Part shown: positions 44,862-57,000 of the stretch, one piece after another
Position numbering within the stretch: the stretch's first letter is position 1
Layout of the letters: every line of letters begins with the position of its first letter
Source: Penicillus capitatus
Taxonomy: Eukaryota > Plantae > Chlorophyta
Reading direction: 5' to 3'
Assembly (NCBI GenBank): GCA_965649825.1
Contig: OZ287697.1
Span: 2,094,351-2,158,350 of the forward strand
Length of the DNA stretch: 64,000 nt
Made by a program: the position numbers and the translations under genes
Notes under the pieces: generated by a model
What the model saw: only the letters and a program-made list of their open reading frames with translations
Database searches by the model: none
What the model was told of the DNA's origin: nothing

Positions 44862-45689
44862 TCAATGCTCCGACCATCGTTGATGTACGCCACGTCTCCG
44901 AATCGTTTCTTGATTTCGAAAACTTTCAAATATCTGCGCACTCATTGATGTGATTATGGTATTCGAAATGGCCGTCGAGAAAGATCTTCCATCTGAGTTG
45001 GTGCCTGGGAGCAAAATCTCCGCACTAACTGTTGGAGATTCTTCATTTAAGCTCCGATCGTGGATGGTGCTTGGTTCGATGCCAACTGTAGATCGCACGC
45101 TCGATGATTCAGATATCGCGTGTTGGCATATCGGACATTCTCGTCGTTCTAATAACCAGCGCCGCAAACACTGGGCACAACAATAATAGTTATCTGCAGG
45201 GCGTACAGGTGAGGTCGACATATGCGCAATAGAGACTGACCTTAAAGCTTATCGTCGATGCGTTCTCGTATGCGTATAGACGACGCCGTTTGTGACACTG
45301 TGTCTGTCACAGTGCATTTTTAACAACTGTATTCATGCGTTCGTTAGTAAGGACTGAAGCCGGATCGAAGAACGAACACACGCCGTCTTCGTCCCGATCG
45401 TCAGTAAAATTTCAAGACGCCATTTCTGTACGGCAAACAATCCAGCCAGGTACTGGAGAAGGAAGAAAAGGACAGTGCAAAACAACCAATCGCGTTTTTT
45501 AGTGCACAGTCGCGAGAACAGTGTAACTGACACTAAGGATATTTGTACGAAAACGGTATACGCAGCCGTACGAATAAAGCAAAGAAAGCCTGAAGTGGAG
45601 ACTGTTTTTCGGAATAACGCACCTTGGATGCGCTTCCAAGACGCTTTCTGAAACGGATCAATTGGCTCAGTACCGATAGATGACGACAT
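44862..45689 (-). pseudogene. TM + RING gene, paralog of 28523-29467, probably degenerate
   Basis: CCAQCLRRWLLERRECPICQHAISE parallels CCNHCLKRWLAVKKMCPICRRAVSD; first CxxC pair not found. Confidence 0.5.
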
Positions 45690-46169
45690 CAGTCGACCGT
45701 ATTCACACGTGTTCGCAGATAGCGACAGATCTATCGTGTATGTCCTGCGAACGTCTACTCGTCGCTTTGCAAGGTTGCGTCGCCAAACATCCGCATCAAC
45801 ACCAAGCAATCTCAACAAACGCATGTTCACCTCGACTCACACTCTGTTCTCAGGACATCTGCCGCCACTTACACGCCCAAGCGGGTTTGTGCGTTCTCTC
45901 TCGTGTCTGTCCGAGCGAAGGTGTGTTGTCACTCTTTGACTCAAGGACGGTTCTTAAGAGTGACGTCGTAGTGGAGGACTTAGCTGACTGTCTAAAAACA
46001 CGAGGACACCCTTCCTGCCAAATCTTCGCCGCCAGACTCGAGGGCTGCCTCTCAGCGGCGTCTTATGTGCCCAGCGAGTCCAAACCAGTCCAGACCCAGA
46101 CATCAAACCCTTGATATCCACCTTTCTCCCACAAAGCAGGAGTGTGACGTGTCAGACGCAAAAGACGTG

Positions 46170-47633
46170 ATGCACCTATGGGATGAAGCGGGCAACGTTG
46201 TCCTGTTGGTCGTGCTCTACTGCCTCCAAGGTGTACCGCTGGGTCTGTCGATGGGCAGCATGCCCTTTCTCCTACAAGCCAATGCCTCGTACACCAGTAT
46301 CGGCATTTTCAGCATGGCTGCCTATCCCTATTCCTTCAAGCTCCTCTGGAGTCCCATTGTCGATTCTGTCTTCCATCGACGGTTCGGTCGACGCCGAACA
46401 TGGATCGTCCCATTGCAGACGCTCTCGGCACTACTTCTCTTCTACTTCGGCCAGACGGCGGAAGATGCGTTGAATGGCTCCGATATCTGGCGACTGTCAG
46501 GTCTGTTCTTCATCCTCGTTCTCTTGGCAGCCACTCAGGACATTGCCGTCGATGGCTGGGCACTGACTCTGCTCTCACGATCGAATCTGGGTTACACCTC
46601 TACCTGTCAAACCGTCGGCATGAATGCTGGATTCTTTCTCTCCTTTACTGTCTTCCTGGCACTCAATGACAGCGACTTCTGCAACAAGTACTTTCGCCGC
46701 ATTCCCCAAGAGACCGGAATCGTCACTCTGGCAAATTACATGAAAGCGTGGGGTGTGATCTATGCCATCGTCACACTCTACATCGTCCTGTTCAAGCGTG
46801 AACGCGACGATCCTTCTCTCAGGGGACGCCGTTTGAGGGATTCCTACAGTCAGCTTTGGGACGTGATCAAGCTTCCGGCCGTGATCAAACTCTCTTCCGT
46901 TTTGCTGCTCTGCCGTCTTGGAAGCGTCGTTGCCGAAGGAGCCGGGACATTGAAGCTGCTGGAGAAAGGTGTATCGAAGGAGGCGCTGTCCGGCATCGTT
47001 CTGATTCAGTTTCCCATCGAACTCTTCTCGGCAGTGCTCGCTGGAAAGTGGGTCGCCGGCAAAGACGCCTTCTCGCCTTTCCTCTTCGCTTACAAGAGTC
47101 GTCTCGTGACGGCCTCTCTGACCACTTGGGTCGTCCGGGTCTTCCCTGTCGGCGCCGCCATGTGGTTCGATGCACCGATGCCTTTCCTGATGGTGCTTTC
47201 GATCGGAGTGGCCGCATCCTTCGGAGCGACCCTCATGTTTACAGCACAAGGTGCTTTTTGCAGTCAAGTGAGTGACCCTGCTATGGGAGGTGCATATCTC
47301 ACTCTTCTCAACTCCATCGCCAATTTGGGGTCGACGCTGCCGCGGTTCATTGTCTTCTGGCTGATGGATCTGTTGACAGTACGAGAGTGTGAGATCGATG
47401 GGGACGTGCGGCCGGAGTATCTGTGTCCGTCCAGAAAGGACGATGCCTTGGAGTCTAATGCCTGTACCGACGTGGGCGGTTCCTGTCTTCTGACGAAGGA
47501 CGGCTTCTATCCCCTTTCATGGTTTCTGATCATCGCGGGATGCTTCTTGAGTGTGTTCTTTTCAAAAATGCTGCGTCAGCTACAGCATCTCCCCATTGAC
47601 AAATGGCATGTGAAACACAGCAAAGCGACGTAG
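46170..47633 (+). CDS. AT-1: Acetyl-CoA transporter AT-1 (SLC33A1-like MFS)
   Basis: LYCLQGVPLGL, PYSFKLLWSPIVDS, AATQDIAVDGWAL, YLTLLNSIANLG; intronless. Confidence 0.93.
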   Translation: MHLWDEAGNVVLLVVLYCLQGVPLGLSMGSMPFLLQANASYTSIGIFSMAAYPYSFKLLWSPIVDSVFHRRFGRRRTWIVPLQTLSALLLFYFGQTAEDALNGSDIWRLSGLFFILVLLAATQDIAVDGWALTLLSRSNLGYTSTCQTVGMNAGFFLSFTVFLALNDSDFCNKYFRRIPQETGIVTLANYMKAWGVIYAIVTLYIVLFKRERDDPSLRGRRLRDSYSQLWDVIKLPAVIKLSSVLLLCRLGSVVAEGAGTLKLLEKGVSKEALSGIVLIQFPIELFSAVLAGKWVAGKDAFSPFLFAYKSRLVTASLTTWVVRVFPVGAAMWFDAPMPFLMVLSIGVAASFGATLMFTAQGAFCSQVSDPAMGGAYLTLLNSIANLGSTLPRFIVFWLMDLLTVRECEIDGDVRPEYLCPSRKDDALESNACTDVGGSCLLTKDGFYPLSWFLIIAGCFLSVFFSKMLRQLQHLPIDKWHVKHSKAT

Positions 47634-48495
47634 GTGTTTGCCATTCACCGTCCAGATCCGCGAATCCGTTCGACTTCTTGACGAAAGAGGCGCTTCATAT
47701 CGTCCTATAATGCATGCGGGTGTCCGGAGATGAAAGACCGATCGGTCGGTGTAGAGGACATGTCTGAAAAGAGAGAGACGTCTGAGTGCCGTCTGCTGAA
47801 AGGCGATCTCGCGAGAGAACGTACCAACCGATGGCTGAGGTCGCCAAGACCATCGCCGACCCTGGCTCGAACGCCTTGATCCGCATTCCTGCTAAGGGGA
47901 GACGTCACCTCAGACGTCATGCTCACCGCGGCGGGAAGGACTCTGGCACGCGCGGTTGGGTCGATTCCTTCGGCCTGACGAAACCCTAGGTGTGATAAAA
48001 AGAGTGAGAAATATGACGCACCGTGACTTTTCCAGTACACGACGAACAGGATTCAGCGCGACAGGATCAGGCAGATCCACAAAACCTGTGGCATCATGAC
48101 CGAATCACTGGTCTTTTGCCGAGATCGTCTCTGCACTTGACCGAAACTGGTCGCCACGCTGTAGACCGCACCCACGTCGAGTACTACTTTTCGCTAAAAA
48201 GAGGGAGATTCTACATCAGCAGATAAGGACGTCTCGTAAGTCAACAAGAATCGAGAGTGGAATTCCACTCTCGCAGGAAACCCGCTTATCTTCCAAGAAC
48301 TTCAGGACATGGAGTTGAACATTGGAATAACTGCAAAATACTTGCACTATCTGCAGTTTCCGCGCAGAGTGAAACACGGTATCGATGTGGACTTGGTCAT
48401 TCTTGATGAAACGACACGTCAAGAACGGAAACGACAGCTTGGATAATGAAATAATAAAAGGGCTTCTATCACTACGGTTTCGGACAACGTGATGT

Positions 48496-49747
48496 TCACG
48501 TCTTGGTCACTCTGGCACGATCTCTGCTATAGATGACAAGGATAATGGAACAGATCAGGAGAAATCCTCCCACTGCAAGCCGGACGCTGATTTCTTCGGA
48601 AAAGAAAATGATGCCGCAGCACACAATCATCAGAACTCTTGACAACGAGGCCATGGCAGCCTTGATAGGAGGACCAATCTGAAACGCACGGACGATGAAG
48701 ACTTGGTTCACGCTACCACAGGCCGTCAAGATGTACAGACCGATGTGTTTGAGCGAAGGTGTCCAATCAATCTTCTCTGGATAGCCGATGGCGAGGAAAG
48801 GAACTGCAAAAAAGGCAACCAGGACTGCTGAGTGATTCGCAATCACGACGGATGGAATGCTTCTGTCGATTTTCCTGCAAAAGACAAAAGATGCAGTCTG
48901 TTTTGGATAATGGTTGCTTTACCCGACAAGGAGGAAGCCTGTGGACATGAGTAGGACAGATAAGAAAGCACAGACCAGGCCACCGATGCGCTCGAGGTCC
49001 CATACGAGAGAATCTTCATCTCCTACAAGAAATGGTGGACGTGCGATGAGCACATTTGCAGCAATCGATCCAACAATGCCAATCCAGGAGTACAAGTCAA
49101 TGGATTCAATTCGGAACATCCACGCCATAAAAGCGAGCATTGCTGTACAAACACGCATTCGGTCTCATACATGAGAATTCATGAATGACCTGGATAGGTA
49201 TCGATCAGAAGAGCGGCCTCCGACAGTGTAATGAGAACATAGGAGACCAAAGCAAAAAGCAATCCCAGTGCAGCACACATTCCACGTAGCACGATCCATT
49301 TCATATTGTGATCCGTCGGACCGATGATGAAGCCTGTTTGGTAGTATCCAAGTGGCACCAAGACTGGCAATGCCAAAGTTCCACGAGCGAAGATGGCTTG
49401 GAAGACAGACGCGTCGTCATTAGAGAGCTCCTTTGTGGCGACGACGGCCGCCGATAAAAACAAAGCGCCCAGTACGGCACAGCCGATGCAGCTGTCCCAT
49501 ATCAAACTGCATCACGTCGTCTCTCTAACGCGTTGTATTCGTCAAAGGAAAGGACGTACCCGATAGCTCTGGAAATAATAGAGGGATGTTCAGTTGGCGA
49601 AGCCTCCGGTAAAGACGGTATCAAGACGTCGGTTTTGTCGTCGTGTTCATAGAGTTCGGAACTGGATGGGTGCTGAGCTCGTGGAGGTCGGTGTATATCG
49701 ATTCTCTGTTCCAGAGTGGGCGAAGAAGATTGTGCTGCGTGCTCCAT
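48496..49747 (-). CDS. DMT/EamA (SLC35G-like) transporter, intact paralog, 4 exons
   Basis: Multi-TM EamA repeats (LRGMCAALG, LSEAALL, RAFQIGP); three GT-AG introns keep the frame. Confidence 0.85.
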
Positions 49748-50127
49748 TCTTAGTTTTATATAACAGCGACGCTTGTGCAGTCGCGACACGGTCTATGGCT
49801 ACGTACGTGATTCATATTCACATATAGCATTTAATACATACAACGTGCGTCATGGAATCGACGGACATAGAAGCAGCCATACGCGCTGCTGACACAGCAT
49901 CCTTCAGGCAAGACTGCCACGTGTGCATCAATCAATCACCCCTCGTTGTGGACCTGGAACCTGAGATGACAGGCCGTTTTCGCTAAGGCACTGACAAAGA
50001 TGCGTCTTTTTTAACGTATCATCTCTCGCAACAAAACAAACACTCGAGACACTTCTTTCGTCATTCATTGCTTTGGCAAAATCGCTGATAGATGAAAAGA
50101 GCGGACATAGATGCTGCATCAGTATCT

Positions 50128-50770
50128 TCACTTCAGGTTCTTCGCCAGAGCGACGTTGAATCGAATCTTGAGCTCTTTGATACACTTGTCGAACTGTTCT
50201 CTACAAAGAACGTACGTACGTCCAAAATGCACTTTACGAGAGGCACTCTTTACCTGTCTCGGCGATAGAGATACTGTAGCAGATCGCGTCGTTTTCCCAG
50301 AATCAACTGCAGCCCTCGTAAAGCAGATTTGTCTTGTTTATTATTCTGGCCACACACAAAAATCGCATTCCAATGTTCAAAACTCACTGCACGCTGCTTT
50401 GCCTTGAGATGCTCAGTCAGTTGTGTTACCCTTGCTGTAAAGCGTGCCACTTGAACGACAGAAGACCCAACATCATTCTCATGCAGACGGAACTCGTCGA
50501 TACGACTCAAATCGGTATTCAACCCACGGTACTTTGCTCTGCAGCGTACATATGCCTCTGGACGGTCCATGAAACACAGAGAGCATACGTGACGTCAAAG
50601 GAGGCGCGCTGTGGTCGGGAAACGACGTTGGGGCGTTTCACTGGTGTGCCCACCAAGAAGCCTAAACCACACGGCAGGCCTTTCGCTTTGTAACCGTGTT
50701 CTCTATAATGGGATCCACTTCTGTGAGACGCCGCCGTCTGTTTGACGGGAGTGAATGAAACCCTCGACAT
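50128..50770 (-). CDS. rps15: Plastid ribosomal protein S15, nuclear-encoded, spliced
   Basis: Transit-like N-terminus; FRLHENDVGSSVVQVARFT, DKSALRGL..ILGKRR.LL.YL, last exon EQFDKCIKELKIR. Confidence 0.9.
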
Positions 50771-50784
50771 TGTCACCTCTTCAA

Positions 50785-51734
50785 ATGGCGACAATGAAGG
50801 CGCACGGTCAGACGGGTGCTCTTTCCCGTTGCCGAGGATCGGTCGCTCTGCACAACAGCGCCTCTCTCCCATCGGTATATCTCCCTTAAGAACGTAGCTC
50901 CTGCTCCCTTTGACTTTTATGCAGGGTCACTTGACGCGTCGATGTGTCTGGCATGGGGTTTCCGCTTTTTCGAAGAAGGAGCGATCGGCAGGCCTAACGA
51001 TCAGAGGTCCGTCGCCTCGCTTTGAAGAAGATCTCTTATTTTTTGCATTCCTCAGCTTCGGCGACGAGCGTGGAAGAAGTGGAAGAGATGCCAAAAAAGA
51101 GGGAGAAAGTTATGGACTATAACAAGACGTATTATCCCAGGAAGATGGATACGGATGGAGCGGAAAAGCCATGGTTTATTGTCAATGCTGATGGTCAGAT
51201 TCTCGGTCGTATGGCCTCACTCATTGCCGTCATGATCCGGTTTCTCCTCTCCTCATCTCACACTTTTTTCAAAAGTGTGATCTCATAGAGGGAAGTTGAA
51301 TCCTGCCTACACACCTTCGATGGATATGGGAGCCTTTGTCGTTGTGATCAATGCCGAAAAGGTGACGGTCTCCGGAAACAAGTACAGAGACAAGATCTAC
51401 TATCGTCATACGGTGGGCCGACCGGGATCACTGAAGAGAGAATCCTTCAAGACTCTGCAAAATGTGCCGTCCTCTATGATCTGCACCCTCTCGCATCAAC
51501 TGACATATCCATATGTGTGCTCAGAGAATTCCGGAGCGCATTATTGAAAAGGCTGTCAAAGGAATGCTGCCGAAAGGCAGACTGGGACGTCGACTGTTCC
51601 ATCATCTCAAGATCTACAAGGGAGATTCGCATCCTCATGCCGCACAGAAGCCACGAGACATCACCGTCATGATCGATGCTAAACCTAGTGTCTATGCTCC
51701 CATTTTGGCAGAAACGTTCGGAGACGGCGTCTAA
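50785..51734 (+). CDS. rpl13: Plastid ribosomal protein L13, nuclear-encoded, spliced
   Basis: Transit peptide over introns 50875-50924 and about 51006-51054; [37 protein letters not shown]. Confidence 0.93.
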
Positions 51735-51809
51735 TAGTTTTGTAAGGCGTGGCTTTGGACGTCGACTTGTGGGAAAGAGGGGTCAGTTGGTCCATCGATT
51801 TTGCTTGAG

Positions 51810-53613
51810 ATGATTGCTCGTCGATTTGCATGTACAACGATTCCAATCGACGGCAGCGCCAGGCGTTGCGTCGCGCGCCTGGCATCGACTTCGAAAGCAC
51901 GTTTGTCGCACAGGATATGGCAATCGACTGTCGGTCGCGGTAGGAACGTTCTGTCGGCGTGGCCAAAATCGCGGAGAGCACGGAACAGATCGATACCAAC
52001 CCTCCTCGAGGTCTATCGCCAAGATTCACTTGTCCTTAGCACGTGACGTCTGACGTTCAGGGACACGGGATTTCTTTCCTGACGAGATGCGACAGCGGAA
52101 CTGGCTGTTCTCACACTTTTCTTCTGTGAGTGAGCAGTTTGGATTCGAACAAGTGGATTTTCCGGTCCTCGAATCGGAAGAGCTCTTCACACGGAAGGCA
52201 GGAGAAGAGATCACGGGTCAGCTCTTCAATTTCAAAGCATGGCATCGTAGAGGCGGCTGGAGGCGTAGCGTCGTTGTGATCCTTAGGACAAGGGCGGCCG
52301 TTCCGTTGCACTCAGACCGGAGCTCACACCGTCTTTGGCACGGCTGGTCCTGCAAAGGGGAAAGGGATTGGCTCTGCCAGCAAAGTGGTATTCCATCGGA
52401 CAGTGCTGGCGTTACGAACGCATGACCCGTGGCCGTCGCCGAGAGCATTACCAGGTCTGACAGACCTCTCTCGCTCGTCTGTACCTTCCTGCGATGTCTC
52501 TTAGTGGAACATGGACATCGTTGGAGTGAATGGCCAAGAAGCCGAGGGCGAACTGCTAGCCGCTTTGGTTCTGTTTTTCGAACGACTGGGACTGTCCGCA
52601 GATGATGTTGGCATCAAGATCAACAGTCGAAAAGTCTTGCAAGAGATTCTCTCTGAGTAGGCATCAGATCTCCGACCCCAACGCAGTCACACAATTCACG
52701 AGGACAGATGTGGAGTGAGCGACGAGATTTTTGCGTCTGTCTGTGTTGTGGTGGATAAAAAGGAGAAGCTGCCGGAAACGGAGATCGTCTCCCAGCTGAA
52801 TGAGCTGCGGCTGACATCGGATACAATCGACAAGATTATGAGAGCGATGTCAAGTCGATCGATGGGTGACCTCGTCGCTTTACTCGGAGCCCAATCTGAA
52901 GCCATTCACGATCTGGAATCTCTCTTTCGACTGGCAGAGGGATACCAAATCGAGAACTGGCTCAGCTTGGATGCGAGTGTCGTTCGAGGACTCGCCTACT
53001 ACACAGGTTCCGTCACACCATCCAGCCTCTCACTCTTCAACAGGGTATCGTTGCCTGTAGGGATTGTGTTCGAAGCTTTTGATCGCTCAGGTACATTGAG
53101 AGCCATTTGTGGCGGCGGACGTTACGACAAACTACTGAGTACTTTGGGAGGCGAGAATCAGCCCTGTGCCGGATTCGGCTTTGGTGATGCTGTCATCATG
53201 GAGCTGCTTAAAGACAAGAATCTCCTTCCCACTCTTCCACATCAGGCATCTCACTCTTTCCCTTCCAGCTGCTCAACAGCCGTTTCCCAGGTGGATGATT
53301 TTGTGTTTGTTCTTGATGAAGAGCTGCGGCCGATCGGCTGTCGAGTGGCACTGGGTCTCCGTCGACAAGGTCGTCGAGTGGATCTGGGATTGGATGCACG
53401 ACGTATTAAATGGGCCTTCAAAGTACCCTCGACTAGGTCACCGCTATTTTCCACAGCGTCCTTCCTTTCTAGCACGTGGACCGGGTTGGTGCCGAAAGAA
53501 TGATCATCATTGGAAAACAGGAATGGGAGTCTGGCGGCTTGATTCGAGTGAAGAACTTGAGGACACGTGAAGAAGAGAATCTGAAAATCGAGAAGCTCCT
53601 TGCATTACCATGA
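51810..53613 (+). CDS. HisRS: Organellar histidyl-tRNA synthetase, multi-exon
   Basis: [49 protein letters not shown]. Confidence 0.94.
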
Positions 53614-53951
53614 GACCCTTGTTCAAAAAACCAGAGTCTTAAGCAGACAGACCGATCTCTTCTCTTTAAAAGAAACTAAAGAATGGGTCTCCAGATTACG
53701 TTTCTAGCTTCCCTGTACACAAAACTCGTCCATGCTTGAGCTTAATTCTTTAGGCTCGCTTAATTCTTTGCCTGTCGTTGGTCTCCAAATAAAAATCCAC
53801 AACCCACCCATGGAATGTCGCCATCCTTTCTTTGCTTTCTCAGGAGTCGTCGAATAAAAATCTGTTCTGCGATGAATAGATATTAAAAGGGCGCAACAGT
53901 CAAGGAGCTGATGTTGCCTCGTCATCTGCCGCGACGGTTCCTCTTATTCAT

Positions 53952-55284
53952 TCATGCCAGGAATATTCTGTGGACCGAACAGGGTCTTCGACACACGGGG
54001 CATCGATTCAATTCCATGCAGCAACGTAGACATGCGCACAAATGACCGCAGGGTATGAATACAGCATCGGCCGGACGATCCCAGCAGACAATACATTTGC
54101 CTCTGTCTTCAGCCTCTTGATCAGGAGATGGATCTGCTGAAGACGTCGAATGGGCACCACGTTCCACACGACGGCGTTTTTCCTCTTCTGCCAGCTGTTT
54201 GCGAATTCTCCGATAACGCATCGTCGATCGAACATGTTTCCACAGTTGCAGGCCGATCAATACCAGACTCACAGTGCCAAATCCAATACCCAACCACTAA
54301 TCCACCACCACCCAGCCACCCAATATCTCACACTTTTATGTATAGGCATGACAGACATACTTTGCACGTTCCTGTGTTACGCATGAGAGAATCTTGCAGC
54401 TCTTCGAATGTCTTGGGTGTGACGTAGAAAGGATGACCAGCGAATGGGCCAGACGGTTTTCGCACAACCATGTCATCCTTTCCGTCCGAAGATTGCGCCA
54501 ATTCCCCGACAACCGTCACAGGCGTGCCCACAGGCAGAAAGCGTTCCGTTTCCCAAACGCCCAAAGGCTGATAGCCACTAGGCACAGAAGTCGCATGTCA
54601 GTCCCTGCACCCATCGACATCAAGCACTCGGACGATAGCCGACTGAGGAGCCGTTGATAGCCACTCGATTGTCCCTCACGGAATTGTTTGGTGCTCGTAA
54701 ATGCGTTTTCAATCAGAGATGCATCAAACGCTTCTTCTACTCCCAGTCGCGACCGTCCATCATCATCGGACTACATCTCACACACATCTCACTCTTTTGC
54801 TCTTTTACCTCCTGTTGTGACATACAATGAACCACCTAGGTGCAAGACGTTGGTGTTTCACGAGCTTAAATTCTGGTGACCAGGCCCCTTTATCATTCTG
54901 TTTAAGGGCACTCAGCTCCTCTGTCTCCTGCAACAGTCATATAGGCGTTGTAATATGATGGGACAGGTGTGATGCACTTCAATGAGAACGGAATGCGTGT
55001 TGGAAATCTTGGCCATGGCCGGTTCGTCGGCATTAGCTCTGCCTCGTGCCGAGACCAGAACAGGTAAGCAGTGCACCAGGTCACTCGCCGCTATCGTCGA
55101 CACATACATCACCCTCCGTAGCGTAGCGAAGCTCTGGCTGCCGACCTGAGATAGTGGGAAGGGGATGAGCTTGTTGCAGTTGTTTGGCTTTTTTGCCTTC
55201 TCGACGCGCGAAGCCGAACATCACGAGACTCGCGATGCCAAAAGTGACACCACTCCATGAGAAGCAGTCCGTGCGATCACTCAT
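53952..55284 (-). CDS. SP1/MUL1-like GIDE-domain RING E3 ligase
   Basis: N-terminal TM, GIDE-like LGVWETERFLPVGTPVTVVGEL, second TM, C-terminal CIVCW...CGHLCAC..C...CPVC. Confidence 0.85.
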
Positions 55285-56227
55285 GATGGCTGACAGAACG
55301 CGAAGAACAAAGAGAACAATGTCAATGACGATGGAGGAGACGACGACGACGCATTCGGTGCACAGTCAACTGTCGCTCTCTCTGCATCATGATACGCCAA
55401 ACGTCACATCGAAAAGTAAACCAGACAGGCACAGACGGCACTGGCAGAACGCAGTGCGAAATGGGCCGTGCAGGATGGTACACGGTCATGGGGTTTCTGT
55501 TGGCGAGCGTTATGGCGTCAGACGAGGAGAATGACCAAGCTGTCCTTTCAGGAGATGTCTAACGAGACGGTTTGGCCAAAATTGGTCAAAGGTGTCGGTG
55601 GCTGTCGTGGCAATCGCCTCTAAGTCACACATCTGATCCATCCTGAAGACGAGGTCGCTTCGGATCGTATGGTCGTCATCATGACCTCTCTTCGCTATTG
55701 CTGTTGTTTCTGTTGGCATGTCTGTGTTGGCCACTCTTCGAATGTCTGACCTCTCTGTTAAGCGACCAGTCGGCGAGATATGAAATTTCTGTCTGTGAAA
55801 GTGCATCGTGATCATGTCACACATGTTATAGGGCTCAGTCATGTGTGATGTATGTAGGTCAGGCGCCGCCACTGTCAAAGGTTTGGGCATGGTTTCGTCC
55901 TCGGAGAGGTTTGTCGTGCCAAACAGACATGAAATGGCCGAGATCGTCCTCCACAATGCGAACGCCGTTGAAAAGAGTGAGAAGAATCTGATGCATGGAG
56001 CTTGGCGTTTGTGAGCCTTCTCGAAGATTTGATGGTATGTTCATCACGCATGCACACGAGAACACACATTCCATGTCACTGTATCGACGCGCGGTTCTGC
56101 AGACACATTGGGGCACGGATGATGTTCTAGTGAAGACGGCAGACCAGTGCATCTACTCTTCTCATTTGTTGTTTCACTCCCAGTTGTGATTGAGGTGTCC
56201 TGTTGTGCGTACATTGTGTTTGAGCGT

Positions 56228-56877
56228 TTATGTATTGGGGATAATTGTTGTTGTGGTGGGATAGTAGTGTGAGGATCGGTGATTCTCAGCTGTCACATAC
56301 GTCACTTCACTTTGAGTCTCTTGCAAACGCAGCAAGCGGCTGTGCGCAAGCTTCGTATGCTGCTTCAAACTCTCCTCAGCTACAAAAGACTGTCACATCA
56401 GAAATGTGATTCAAATGATGAATGTCACACTTTTGAACGACTGAAGAGTGAGAGGAGAGACAAAGAGACGGGTCTCTGGTGTCACACGTTCGATGCGATA
56501 GATCTGAGAATGACACCTGAGCCATTGATAGAGTGAGAGGCACAGGAGAAAAGAGTGACATACAGAGCACAGGTTTCCATGTCCGCAGCACAGATGAGGC
56601 AGAAGAGATGCCAACATGGAGAGAGACGGCCGAATACCGCGACAGGACAATCGCAGAGAGCGCAGAATCGGCGTTTAGCTTCGCCAGCGGTCGGCACCAC
56701 CCAGCCTCCACCCTGTCGATCGCTCATGGGCACTTCAAGAAGACGGCGGCGACTCCTACTGTCTTTTCTGTTTCGGGGTTGGACATGATAACGAAATGAT
56801 GATGAAATGGCATCCATCCATCCGCACAGGAGCGACGGGATTGTGGACTGGCTTCTGTCGAACGCGGCGTTTGGCAT
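56228..56877 (-). CDS. HAKAI: Hakai/CBLL1-like RING protein (m6A writer-associated)
   Basis: FCALCDCPVAVFGRLSPCWHLFCLIC...C..C...IERV, then LFVSPLTLQSFKS and EESLKQHTKLAH. Start uncertain. Confidence 0.75.
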
Positions 56878-57000
56878 GTGAGCCTACGGACAAGGAGATC
56901 CGTCCCATAGGTGCGACGCAGCGATGATCTGTCGTATGATGGTGGGGTTTGGGATAGAGGCAGATGGATTGGGGTCGGATGCTCCTGTGCGTTTAATTCA

